Origin: Salpingoeca rosetta
Lineage: Eukaryota > Protista > Choanoflagellata
NCBI GenBank assembly: GCA_033442325.1
Contig: JAWQFM010000036.1
Coordinates: forward strand, 314,719 to 378,718
Direction: 5' to 3'
DNA length: 64,000 bases
Shown: piece after piece, positions 36,592 through 49,800 of the stretch
Numbering within the stretch: position 1 is the stretch's first letter
How the letters are laid out: each line of letters begins with the position of its first letter
Notes under the pieces: model-generated
The model's input: only the letters and a program-made list of their open reading frames with translations
Told to the model about the DNA's origin: nothing
Databases searched by the model: none
Position numbers and translations under genes: made by a program

Positions 36592-38472
36592 TGTGTGAAT
36601 GAATGTGAGTAACAGCGTGCAGGCCACATGCACGGCACCAACGCCCGAGGCAACAGTGCAACAGTGACAGCGCTATGGTGACAGCTTCAATCACCATCAT
36701 CACTCAGCCACGCTACAGCAGGCATCAGCACCAACAAGAACACTGCGCTCACCGGAGCTGGAGGCAATGGAGGACGGGGCCTCGGTGCCAGCAGCTGCCT
36801 GATCAACGCCGCTCACACCCTGGTTGCTGCACGCGAGGCTGATGTTGCCAACAAACGCGTTCACGTCAATCTCAAAGCCATCATCATCGCCAAAGATGGA
36901 AGGGTTGACCTGGAGGAAGAGCACACGAGGCAAAGCGGAAAGCAGCGCGAGCGACCATCCCGTGTGAGCACAAGGCATGACGAAACGGGGTGATGGATCG
37001 CGCAACAGGCAAGCATAGAGGCGAAGGCGCGAACGAAGCTTGGCTCTAAGAAAGACCGGCACGAGGGCGCCAAACACAACAAACGCACACCAAGCGAACA
37101 ATACAAGCACACGCATTGACACACAACGTTTTTTCGACTCACAAGAAACCAACTCACAAAGTGTCATCCCCCAACACAACAACAACAACAACAGCAACAC
37201 GCACCTCGACGGCTGCCTTGATGGTGCCGAGGCAGTTGCCGGCATCAACGAGGGCCTGGCACTGGGCGGCGGTGACGGCGCTGGGGTCAGCAGAAATGGC
37301 GCCAAGAACGTCGATGAGGGTGCCGCAGAACACACCGCCTCCCTGCGTGCAGGCAAGGCCGAGCGTTTCCTGGTATGCGGCAAAGCCGGCAAACTGGGCA
37401 AAGCCGCTGAGAATGTTGCTGCTGGCGCCATCGTCGTCGCCAAGGAAACCGGTGATGGTGCTGAGGTCTGGGAGGCAGCTGGCGTCCTCGAGGATGGCCA
37501 GGCTCCGGAACACCTGCGCGACGCAGTCGTTGTTGCAAATGTCCTGCAGCTGCTCCTCCGTGAAGAAGGCATCATCGTCCAAGTCGTCAAAGTCGTCGTC
37601 GCTGAGGGCAGAGAACTCAGAGCCGGCGTCGGCAATGCAGTTGATGAGCGAGTTGGTGACGGCGCTCTTGATGGAGCTCTTGCAGCTCTCGCCGAGAAAC
37701 TGGGTGAGGATATCCACAACGCTGCCTGCGCTGGGTGCGCCGTCGTCGTCAGCGTTGATGGTGCCGGACGCGTCGCTGCAGGAGTAGACGTAGCTTCCGC
37801 CGTCAGCGCAGGAGCACGTGGAGAAGCCGGAGATCTCCGCGAAGACGCATGTGCAGGTGTTGCCCGAGCACTGGTTGCTGCAGCTCGACTGGGAGGTGAC
37901 GCCGTCGCCGCTGCAGCTGGTGACAACGAGATCGTCGTCGCCAAAGCTGAAATCGTCATTGCCGGCCAGGTCGGTGCAAGAGAAGATGAAGCCTGTGCCC
38001 GTGCACTCGCAAGTGGCGCCAATAATGTCGGTGAAAACGCACGCGCAGCTGCCCTGGCCGCTGCACTTGTTGTTGCAGCTGGACGAGTCGGACACGCCCT
38101 GCGAGGAGCATGTCTGGGCCGAAGCCACAGACCTGACAGCGGTGGTGGTGGGTTGTGGGGGGCGAGAATTGGGAATAGGAAGACAGCAAGCAAGTGAGTG
38201 AAGAAGGTTGCTCCAGAGTTGTTATGGAGCAAAACACAGCAACGAACAGAGGGGGTGATGTTGTGACATGGCAAGATCGCCACAGCCAATGGCCAAAACA
38301 GCGAGTTGAAACAGGGAGGGTGTCACCGACCAACACAAAACAAAACACCACACACAACAAAACACACAATGAATGATGACGACCGCATACAACCCACAAA
38401 GGGAACAACAGCAACACACAACACAACTCACAGAAGGGCAGCCACGGCCGCCACGGCGAGGAGAAGCTTCAT
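36492..38472 (-). CDS. Cys-rich surface protein with GPI-type C-terminal signal, paralog 1 (2 Cys repeats); exons 38472-38432, 38132-37205, 36909-36753, 36556-36492
   Basis: Signal peptide MKLLLAVAAVAALLSVASA, CSSxGVxSxSSCxNxCSG repeats, and a terminus SSSATMVSGIVAAVVAVAAAAIMA*. Splice phases are consistent. Confidence 0.82.
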
Positions 38473-38928
38473 CCTGGGATGGGTGGTGGGCGGAAGAAAA
38501 ACCGAGGGTGGTGGTCAGGTAGCAGCAAGGTGTGTTGGGGAGACCTGAGATCGACAAGGATGGAAAAATGCCACACGCAAAACACAAACCACAACAGCAC
38601 ACAAGAGCAAAACAGTTGTTGTGGCTGGGTTGGCTGGCTTTGCTGGCTGGTGTTGTTTTGCTCGAGCCAGCGCCACCACCAGCGCACATTCCAGCACAGC
38701 ATCCCCCAGCAACCAGGTACAAAACAAAACAAAACAAAACAAGTGCCAGTGCTTGCAGGCACTGGCGTGAGGCGTGAACAAATTTGTGTGAAGGAGTCAC
38801 CAAAAAGTTGTTTGTTGGGCACCGCCCACGCGTTTTCTTATGTGTTGGAAAACATGAACGAGTAAGTTTTGTGATGTCGGAGAAAGTGAAGCGAAGAGGA
38901 GTGGGGAGGACTCAGTGGTGGTGGTGGT

Positions 38929-38966
<38 letters not shown>

Positions 38967-38976
38967 CAAACACCTC

Positions 38977-39037
<61 letters not shown>

Positions 39038-39357
39038 CAAGATCATTGAACAAATGCTCAAACGCGTTGTCGTCATGTCGTGTGACGAGAAATGGAACGA
39101 GCAAGGGGTGAATGAACAGCGGCCACAAGCAAGACAAGCAGCAGCAAAAGCAGCAACATCACCCCGCACAAAGGGAGCAAATGACATGCAAACACAGCAC
39201 GTGGCAAAGTGTTTGGTAACGTAAATCAACTGACACAACATGCGAGGGTCAGCGAGAAGGACACCGAGAGCAAGCAAACAACCAAACAAACAAAGCAGAA
39301 ATAAACGCGCACACGCCGGGAACGCAGCCGAAGCAGAGCGGCGGTGAGAGGCGTAAT

Positions 39358-41915
39358 TTACGCCATGATGGCTGCAGCAGCCAGGGTAACGACGGCAGCA
39401 ACGACGCCAGAGACCGTGGTGGCTGTTTTGTGTGTGTGCACGTGTGTGTGTGTGTGTGTGTATGTGTGTGTGTGCGTGCGTGCGTGCGCGCGCGCGTGTA
39501 GTTGTGTGTGTGTAAGTACCAGCGTGTCGTAGAGTACACTGCAAACGCTCAACGCCCAGACTGAACCCGCGCACGAGTGGCTAGCCACCCCACCAACAAC
39601 ACCAACAACACCAACAACACCAACAACACCAACAACACCAACAACACCAACAACACCAACAACACCAACAACACCAACAACACTACGCTTACCGGAGCTG
39701 GAGGCGATGGACGACGGGGCCTCGGTGGCTGAGGCCGCCTCTGTCACACCGCTCACCCCAAACGTGTCGCACGTGGCAGAGAGCTGTTGGATCACAAGGT
39801 CAGCTGTCAGAGCACCGCTGAGGTCAAACAGGTCCGGGTTCGCCTGTACATGCAGGGGGAGGAGGAGGAGGAGGAGGAGGAGGAGGAAGAAGAGGAGGAG
39901 GAGGAGGAGGAGTGGGTGCATGTCATGCCATGTAAGTCATGATATGCGACGATATGCCAGCAGCAATGTCGGGTGGGCAAGCAAATCCATGCACGCTCAA
40001 GTATCGCCACAAGTACACCATTTCGAGAGGATCAGACAATGACACGCTCGCATGCGTTCACATGCACAATCACGCACAAGCACTGACATTCGCCACACAC
40101 AAACACACAAACACACACACGCACACACACACACACACGCACACACACACACACACACACGCACGCACGCACGCACACCTCAAAGGCGGCACGGAGAGTG
40201 CCAAGGCAGTTGCCTGCACCAACAATCATCTGGCACTGGGCAGCACCAAAGTTTGCTGGATCATCAAACAAGGTGCTGACGGCATCTGCCACCTCCGAGC
40301 AGTACACCCCGTTGCCCTGCGTGCAGGCAAGACCCAGCAGGTCCTTGTACGACGCAAAGCTGGCAAACTCGGCAAATCCACTCAGGATGCCATTGTCATC
40401 GTCATCAACCGAGGGAATGTTGCTGATGGTCGGGAGACAGCTGTCAGCCTGCAGAAGCTGGATGCTGCGGAAGATCTGGCCAACGCATCGGTTGCGGCAG
40501 ATGCCGTCCAGCTCGGTTGGGGTTGGGAAGCCGTCGTCGCCATCGTCATCCGCAAAGTCGTCGTCGTTGAACACGGCAAGCTCCGTGTCGGCGTTGGCGA
40601 TGCAGTTGATGAGGGAGCTGCTGACGGCGTTGTTGATGCTGCTTCTGCACCGCTCGCCGAGATATGTCACAAGGACGTCGGTGACAAGGCTGGAGCTTGG
40701 GGCGTCGTCGTCGTCGTTGCTCGTGGCGCTGGTTGGCACGCCAGGAATGTCCGTGCAGACGTACACGGAGCCCGAGAGGTCTGCGCAGGAGCACGTGTTG
40801 TAGCCGGAGTACGTGACAAAGTAGCAGAAGCAGTTGCTGCCGGAGCACCGGCTGTCGCAGGAGGACTGCGACCTCACGCCGTCCGCGTTGCAGCTTGAGT
40901 ATTGGATGCTCAGGTCGTCGTCTCCACCGAATGGGAAGAGGTCGTCATCTGCGCTGAAGCCAGAGAAGAAGTCGTCGTCGCCGCTGCTTGAGCCTGTGGC
41001 GCCGGAGGTGTCGCTGCACACGTACACAGAGCCTGAGGAGTCCGCGCAGGAGCAGGCGGTAACGCCGGCAACCACGGTGAAGTAGCAAAAGCAGCTGCTT
41101 CCGGAGCACCTGTTGTCGCAGGTGGACTGAGAGGTGACGCCATCGGAGCTGCACGAGGGGTAGTTGAAGATGGAGTCGTCATCGTCGTCGCCGCCAAACA
41201 GCGGTGTATCGTCGTCGTCCACCACGCTGCCGCCAATGTCGGTGCAGGAGAACGTGAAGCCGCTTGTACTGGCACAGGAGCAGGTGGCGCCATTGAAGTC
41301 GACAAAGGAGCAGAAGCAGTTGCTTCTGCCCGAGCACTGCGAGTTGCAGGACGACTGGCTTGTGATGCCATTGGACGAGCATGTACCGAGCGCTAATGTC
41401 TCCGACCTGTCAAAGGTGTGTGTTTGTGTGTTGGTGTGTGTGTTTGTGTGTACATGTATGTTTGTGTGTTGGTGTGTTTGTGGTGATGTCGTTTGCAGCC
41501 AGTGAGCACGCAAACAACAATGAAAGAAAGGAAGTAAATAATGATCAAAATGCGAGCCACCACCACCACCACCACAACAACAACCACAAGAACAACCACA
41601 AGAACAACAACAAGAACAACAACAAGAACAACAACAAGAACAACAACAAGAACAACAACAAGAACAACAACAAGAACAACAACAACTTAAACAACAACAA
41701 CAACAACAACAACAACTTAAACAAAAACAACAAGAACAACAACACAAGGACAGCAGTGCCTACTGTGCGACAACAAAAAAAAAGAGCGGCGAGAAGGTGA
41801 TGTGGCTGAGTGTTCAGTGGAGCATTATCATACAGCGTTCCCTCAGCCTCTCTCGCTTCTCCACTTACAGCAAGGTGGCTGCCACGAGAGCAGCAAGGAG
41901 CAGGGCAAGCTTCAT
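39358..41915 (-). CDS. Cys-rich surface protein with GPI-type C-terminal signal, paralog 2 (3 Cys repeats); exons 41915-41869, 41406-40179, 39843-39693, 39422-39358
   Basis: Same exon structure and phases as paralog 1, with signal MKLALLLAALVAATLL and terminus SSSATTVSGVVAAVVTLAAAAIMA*. Confidence 0.82.
39591..39682 (+). repeat. (CACCAACAA)n 9-bp tandem repeat, intronic
   Basis: Directly visible. Confidence 0.85.
41557..41745 (+). repeat. (AAC/AAG)n compound trinucleotide repeat in intron 1 of GPI paralog 2
   Basis: Directly visible. Confidence 0.85.
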
Positions 41916-42723
41916 GGCTTGTTGGTTGGGGGGGGGGATAGGCAGGCAGGTGGCAATGGCACACAAGGACAGGAGTGCTGGTGTTGCTCACAGTCTGGAT
42001 GCGGCGTTTTGATGGAAAATGCACGCACACAACACGAAGCACGCAGCAGCACACAGCAGCACAGAGACAATAAGAGGCACCGCGCGTTCGAGTGCAACAA
42101 CAACACACAACACACAACAACTTGTTTGCTTGCTGGCTTGGCGCAGCAGCCAGAAGCCTGCAAGCAGCCCACAAGAACCACGCCCCCACCAGAAAAGTCA
42201 AATGCACAAAATGCCTCAATTAATTGCAGCACTCGTTTTCCAACAAAGCAGAAAGCAACCAGCATTTATGATGTCGGGCAAAAGGAGCGAAGGAGTCGCG
42301 AGGAAGCAAGCGCATGAACCCTGGATCCGTCAAAATGCACAAAGTAGCCACACTGCCCATTTTTATTGTTCGTTGTTTTAGTTTGATGCATTTTTAATGC
42401 TTGCCCACAAGGCTGACTGACGACCAAACCTACGCGATCAAACGGAGCTGCGAAGGTGCGATGGATGCGTGTGAGATGACGCAGCCGCTTGTTGCACGAT
42501 CATGTCAGTGTGCGATTGGGTGTGCGATTGGGTTTGGGGTGTCGACGTGCGTTCTGTGGTGAGGCTTCTTGTCCGCCTCCCGCAAATCAAGACGCACTTC
42601 GATGCGACTGGCGGTGGTAGTGGAGGTGATGGCTGACGATTTGAGTTGTGTTTTCGTCAGGCGCAGGTGGTTGGCGGCGTTTCGGTGTGACATGAATGTC
42701 TGTCTCTGGTTGTCATGTGTGAA

Positions 42724-42759
<36 letters not shown>

Positions 42760-43105
42760 CGAGTGTGGTTGCTTTGGCTGTTTTTGTTGCCCCGGCTGGT
42801 GAATTAATTTGTTGTCAGTCAGGGTGTTGCTAGGCTGGCGGGTAGCCTCGACGCATTCACATACACACCACACACACGCACACACTCGAAACAACACAAG
42901 CAAGCGAGTGGGCACAGATACCACACACACACACACACACACATACACACGGATACGAAGACACCAACAAACCTCTGAGCCAACAAGTCCACCGCCAGTA
43001 CAAGACGCCCTCTATCTGACACTCAATCTCTCTCTCGCGCGCACACACACGCACACTCTCACGCACCCGCCTACAGCAACATCAGGACGCAAGACCACCG
43101 CCGTC

Positions 43106-43918
43106 ATGAACAAAGCTGGTTTCTCTCTTCTCCTCATCGGCCTTATCGCGTGAGTTGATGGTGGTGTGCGTGCGTGTTTGTGTGCGTGCGTGCATGTGTG
43201 CGTGCGTGCATGTGTGCGTGCGTGCATGTGTGCGTGTGCGTGTGTGCGCGCACTTGGTTATGGATTGGTGTGCTTGTTGCCGCGAGTCTTTAGTTTCTGA
43301 ATGTAAATTCGAATGCACGAGTTGTGTCGTGGACTTGCTGCCTCCACACGACACACTGATTCACTCACTCACACGGATTCAAACACACACATACACACAC
43401 ACGCACACTCACGCGCGCACACACGCACACTCACGCGCACACACGATGGACAACAGTGCCTTCAGCGGCGGTGTGCGCGGCCAGTATGCGGCGTGTTCGC
43501 TGCTGCAGGTTTCTGACGCGGCCTCCTGCCTTGGTGTGTGCCAATCCGTCTACACCACCAACTCCTACGCCTTTTACGACCGCAGCGGAAGCAAGACGTG
43601 CGTCTGCACGGTTGGCGAGGACAACAGCTTCCAGGTCTGCGGCTCTGCGGACACAACGACCACCACCACCACGGCGGCCACCACCACCACCACAGACTAC
43701 TTTGAGAGCGACCCCACCCTGACGGAGGCCCGGGCATATCTGACAACACTGCTTGGCAGCAACTGCGAGAGCGCTGTCTCCCGCGCACTCACCGCAGAGT
43801 CACTGCAATGCATTGAGCTGTTTGTGTCGGCCGAAGACGACGTGTTCTCCCCCGGTGTCAACCAGACCCTCAACGAATTTGTGAGTCTTTGCTGCTGATG
43901 GTTGTGGCGGTGGATTGC

Positions 43919-43952
<34 letters not shown>

Positions 43953-44232
43953 CTTTGTGTGTTTGTGTGCAAGCAAAATGTACGGTTGCTGCGAAGGGTG
44001 CGCGTAATCGCGTGGCCATCCATGTTCCTTCCTTCCACCCCCCACCCCACCCTTTGCCCGTCTGCGCCCTCGTCCCAGGGACACATGCGTTCCCTCACCC
44101 GATTGCTCCTGCACGTGTTCTCCATCCACAGTATGATGACATGTGCCGTGCTCCTTGCCTCGGCGTCATCTTCAACGCAATCGACAAGCTTGAGGCAGCA
44201 GGTATGCTACATGACGTGACTGTTTGTTGTTG

Positions 44233-44264
<32 letters not shown>

Positions 44265-44862
44265 GGTGGTGTTGATGGTGTTCTTGTGTGCACATGCCTT
44301 GATGGTTGAGCTCTGTGCTTCGTGCCGTCATGCTTCTGTCGTTTGTCGATCGAGTTGGGCCGTGCAACTGCCCACCTATCGTCGTACACAACCGCAACAA
44401 ACCAACCGCAACAAACAAACAAACAAACACACACACACACACACACATACACACACAAACAAACACACACACACACATTCACAGGCTGCCTGCCCGATGT
44501 CGCCGACAATGCGCCAACCACGCCCCTCAACGCCACGCTTGCCACGCTGGACCAATTCGCCACCACGCGCGACGACGTGCACTTGAAGTGTGTCCGGGTG
44601 GATGGCAGCGCCACCCCGCGCTACTGCGGCGCCATTCTGCCAACGGTGACCAAGTTTGAGACTGCTGCCCACACCGTCACGGCGGATGACTGCACGGAAG
44701 TCATGGAGCACGGCTACTGCCTCGGCAACATCCTGCAGGTATCATGGGAGGGGGATGTTGTGGAGGCGTAGGCTTGGTGTGGATTGGCATTGAAGCGTGT
44801 CCTGCTTCGCTTGGGATTGTGGGTCGCCGCGCCCATATGTTGCTGTGCCTCTGCTCACACCT

Positions 44863-44926
<64 letters not shown>

Positions 44927-45327
44927 NNNNNNNNNNNNNNNNNNNNNNNNNNNNNNNNNNNNNNNNNNNNNNNNNNNNNNNNNNNNNNNNNNNNNNNNNN
45001 NNNNNNNNNNNNNNNNNNNNNNNNNNNNNNNNNNNNNNNNNNNNNNNNNNNNNNNNNNNNNNNNNNNNNNNNNNNNNNNNNNNNNNNNNNNNNNNNNNNN
45101 NNNNNNNNNNNNNNNNNNNNNNNNNNNNNNNNNNNNNNNNNNNNNNNNNNNNNNNNNNNNNNNNNNNNNNNNNNNNNNNNNNNNNNNNNNNNNNNNNNNN
45201 NNNNNNNNNNNNNNNNNNNNNNNNNNNNNNNNNNNNNNNNNNNNNNNNNNNNNNNNNNNNNNNNNNNNNNNNNNNNNNNNNNNNNNNNNNNNNNNNNNNN
45301 NNNNNNNNNNNNNNNNNNNNNNNNNNN

Positions 45328-45385
<58 letters not shown>

Positions 45386-45626
45386 CTTTCTACCTCTCTC
45401 TCTCTCTCTCATGACACCCCTGATCCACTTGCGGCCGCTTGTGCCCTGTCATACCCCCCCCCCAATGCTGTCATGTCTTCCCTGCCGCTTCAACTCGTCG
45501 TCCTCACCAACGCCACCCCTTTTCACGACATCAACCCCCCCCCCTCCAAATCAACGTGCAGGTGCTGGTGTGTCTGCTGCTGTCGTGTCTGTTCTGGCTG
45601 TTGCCATGGCAGCCCTCTTCGCCTAA
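43106..45626 (+). CDS. Divergent third paralog of the GPI-signal Cys-rich family (1 Cys repeat); exons 43106-43149, 43457-43880, 44132-44201, 44485-44738, one exon probably in the gap, 45562-45626
   Basis: LGSNCESAVSRAL..QCI, CRAPCLGVIF, GCLP, YCG and GYCLG align with paralogs 1 and 2. The terminal exon is hydrophobic (AGVSAAVVSVLAVAMAALFA*). Confidence 0.72.
44927..45327. other. Assembly gap (run of N) flanked by (CA)n
   Basis: Directly visible in the sequence. Confidence 1.
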
Positions 45627-45956
45627 GCTTTGTTGCTGTGGGAACCTCAAGTGCCAGCAACAACACCACCACAACCAAGTACCAGGACCAGCACCCTTCC
45701 AAGTTCACTGCTGCGCCTGCGACATGTTCGTTTGTGGACACACCTCCACGTGTCCTCAACTCACTTGTTCGTGCATTGTTCATGCATCACTTCCCACCTC
45801 CAAGGTTGCTGCTGCGGTTGTTGCCACCCATCATCCATTGTCTTGCCACGTTCAATGGACCCACTCTCATCCCCCCCTTCTTGATCTTCCTTCTCCATTC
45901 TCACTCATGTTCATTCCTGGTGCGGTTGCCCAGAAAACCCTTGTCGCTTCTCGATA

Positions 45957-46023
<67 letters not shown>

Positions 46024-46829
46024 CGCTTGCTGGTTTTTGTTTTGTGACGCGGTTGGTGTTGACATCACCTGTTCCTGCATGCAACCGACCTTTACTTGTT
46101 TGGTTTCTTGCATTCGCATATTGTGCCTGTTATCAGCGGTGTGTGTACGTTTGTGTTTGGTGAAGAGGCAGAGACATGTTTGCCTGTGGCAGCCGTGGCC
46201 GTTGTGGTGTCTTCCCATCAGCCTTGCGTCTCAGCCTCCCTCCCACCTTTCATTAAACATATGCGCGCATGTCAGGTTGCACGGGCGTGCAAGCGCAAAA
46301 CAAAGCTGCTCGTGTGTTGTGCTGGTGTGTTGTGTGGATGTGATTCGTCCAATACGCATGCTGGTGTGTTGTATGGATGTGATTCGTCCAATACGCAATG
46401 TCAACGACGTGCGTGATGCGTGAATGAGATGTTGTTTGGACAACAAGCACCCACCCCTTCATCATCGATACGCTATTGTCACCAGTAGTCTTCTTCACGT
46501 CCAATTCTAATGCACGCCCGCGAAAACGAGCTGACAGTCCTTCCGCCAATCTCCACGCTCTCTCACTCGCAAGCACACGTACAGGCCGACTATCGCTCAA
46601 TCGACGGTTCAAGCACAACGCACAATCCAAGCCACCCACGTACTCGCCACCACACCATAACCACAACCACAAAAGAAAAAAGCCACACACACACACACAC
46701 TCACACACACATGCATGCATACACGCACACGCACATACACATACATACACACATACAAACATACACACACACACATTCACACATACATACATACACACAC
46801 TCACTATTCAAACTCCAATCTTCAAGCAC

Positions 46830-49800
46830 TCAAATCTGTGCCAGGGCATGGATGAGGTATTCTGGATCAGCGGCCACGTCATCCGTCGGTGCACGTGTCA
46901 CGGGCTGACCGCGCGCCATCGAAGCAGACACGTTGTGAAGGCCGCCTCCATCAACACCAGCGCCACCACCATCAACACCGACACCACCACCACCATGGGC
47001 GGTTGTGCCCACCTGCAGGAGCTGCGGGGCGTTGCTGCGGAAGTAGGCGAGCACGGCATCGTAGATGAAGCGGTACTGCGACAGCGTCTGCACGCTGCCA
47101 GCGCGGAACGTGCGCATGTACAGCACCGTCGCGTACACGTCCACGGCCCCCTGCATCTCAAGCTGCTGCATGCAGTTGTGCAGCGCAACAAACACGCCAG
47201 AGCGACCAACGCCCGCGCTGCAGTGCACGACCGCGGGGCCGTGCAGCCCAGCCGTGCGCTGCGTCTCCACAGCGCGTCGCACGTCAAGCACGCACTTGAT
47301 GATGGCGGCAGCAGACTCTGGGACGTCGTGGTCCGGCCAGCTCGTCACGGCAAAGTGCCGAATCTCACGCGTCTCCCCAGCCTCCGGGTCGCGGACAGAG
47401 AATGTGCGCAGCTCGTAGCCGCCGTCGGCGTCCACCTGCCGCTGCACGTGCCGCACCTCAAACCGCCCAGCGTAGATGACGCCATCGCCACCGTGCTCGT
47501 TGTCGGTGCCACCCGGGCTGCCGTTGGCAGGCGCGTCTGGCCAGTACTTGTGGCACTTGATCTTGCCCTTCTCCACCTCGCGCGTGACCATCACCACCAC
47601 ACCTGCGCGCTGCTCCCACACCATGCGCCAAAAGTCCGCAATCGTGGCTGGGACGGGCGCCTGCGACACCACAAACGCCGGCGCGCGCTTCATGCTCGGC
47701 ATGTAGTTGGCGTTGATGTAGTCGGAGCCGAGCTGGCCCGTGGCCTTGAGCAGCACGCGCGTGTCGTCCAGCGGTATCACGTTGCCGTACCTGTTCTTGC
47801 GCACGTTGTACGTCTGCGTGCCAACCTCCATGGCAAACGTGTGGTGGGCGCTCTCCTGCTGCAGGCGTTCAAACTCCACGTCCACAGCGCCCTTCTGCCG
47901 CATCTCGTGGAAGCGAACCTCCACATCGCGTGCGTCAATGCGCGTACCGCTCGCCTGTGTCCCGCGGAAGCGTACACCAGCCTGCGCCCGCACCCCATCC
48001 TGCTCCGCGGCCTCCATCACCTGTTTGCCCGTGACAACGCCGGCGATGCTGTCCGAACGCATGGCGCGTGTCGCCACCTGTATGCCGCCAAGGCCGTTGC
48101 CAAGCACACGCGGGGCGCGCAGGCCAAACGACCCGCGGGACGCACGCGCACTGCTGCTGTACTCGTTGGTGGCCGCGTTGTCGCTGCTGTTGCTGCTGCT
48201 GCTGCCATATGCATCAGGTTGTTGCTGCTGGGATGCATCCGCCACCATGGCGTCGGTGTTGGTGCTGGTCGTGTTGAGGCCGCCACCGTCATCTCCATCC
48301 AGCACCAGCGGCTTGTGGTGCAGCATGCTTGGCTCCTGCCCCTGCTGTGGCCAGGGCGCCATCGTCGTGTTGGAGGCGTTGCCGCCCTGCATGCCCGATG
48401 CAGAGGCGTTGTGCCCGTGTGCGCCGGCGAGGAACTGGTCTGCTCGCTCCTTGACGTAGTAGTCCCAGAAGCCGTGGTCCTCGCTCTCGTTCATGGCGCC
48501 ACCAGCGCTGCCCCCAACCAGCATCACCCTGGACATGCCATTGCCTGGTGCGCCGCTGTGCCCCTGAAAGGTGCTCTCCATCAGCAGACCAGACGGGTGG
48601 CCGGCACCGCCACTGTTGTTGCTGCTGCTGTTCAACATCACGCCCTCCTCGCCAACAACCGGCAGTTCAAACAGGTTGCCGTTGTCCACAAACATGCTCG
48701 GTGGGCGCTTGCCACCACCTGTGCTGCCGCCATCACCGCCGTTGCCGTACAAGCGCGCCAGGTCGGTCATGCCAGACCGCTGGTTCTGACGCTGCAGCTG
48801 CACAACAATCACAATCACCAGCAACACCAGCAGCACGCCGGCGAGCGCAATGCCGGCAATCACGCCAGAGCCAAGCGCGTTTGCACTGCCGCTGGCTGAC
48901 GTGTTGCCGCCACTGCCGCTGCCCCCGCCGCCGCTGTTCACGTCGTCCTCGTTCACCGCCAGTGTTGTGGACACGGTGTTGGACCGTTCCTGTGTCGGCG
49001 TGCCGTCGCTCAGCGTGGTGACGGCCTCGACAACAAACGTGTACTCCTCATTGGCCGGCAGCACGGATCCGTCGTCCGGTGCAAGAACCCACGTGCGCGT
49101 GGTGATGCCCTGTGGCACCTGCACGGCGCCCGCAATGCCGCACGCGCACGTGGCCGGGGCGATGCTTGCGTCGCAGTAGCACGCGCGGTAGCCGACCAGC
49201 GCACCGTTGGGCTGGCGCGGCGCCTGCCACGACACGTTGTACAGGCCGTCGTTCTGCCGCACCAGCGCCACGCCCGTCGGCGCAAACTGCGTGGTGCGCA
49301 GCGGGTAGAAGGCAGACGTGCCAACCTTGGCGTCGCTGCTGTCATATGCCCGCAGCTGGAACTCGTATGTCGTGTCTGGCAGCAGGCCGTCCAGTGTGTA
49401 TGTGCTCACGCCAGCGGAGTAGCCTGCGTCGCCCTTGCCAAACACGCGGCACATGCACGCTGTTGCCGATGACGATGCCGTAGCCACGACCACCTCCTGG
49501 TCGTTACACAGCGCAGGCTCGCAGTTGAAGTTGCGTCGCGTCCACACCTCGTACCGCAGCCTGGCATCAAAACCAAACAAGAAGAAACCGACGAGGGATG
49601 GGTTGGTCAGTCAGGTGGTGTGGCATACTTGGTTGGTTGGTTGGTTGGCGGTGGTGGTGGTGGTTATGGTGGTGACACAGGTGTGTCAGTCCAACAGCGA
49701 GAGCAACGCGTGCATTACGTAGATGTTTGTGTAGCTTGTGTGTGTTGGTGTTGTGAGTGCGTTGTATTCGGTGTACGCATGTGTGTGTATTGTGTACTGT

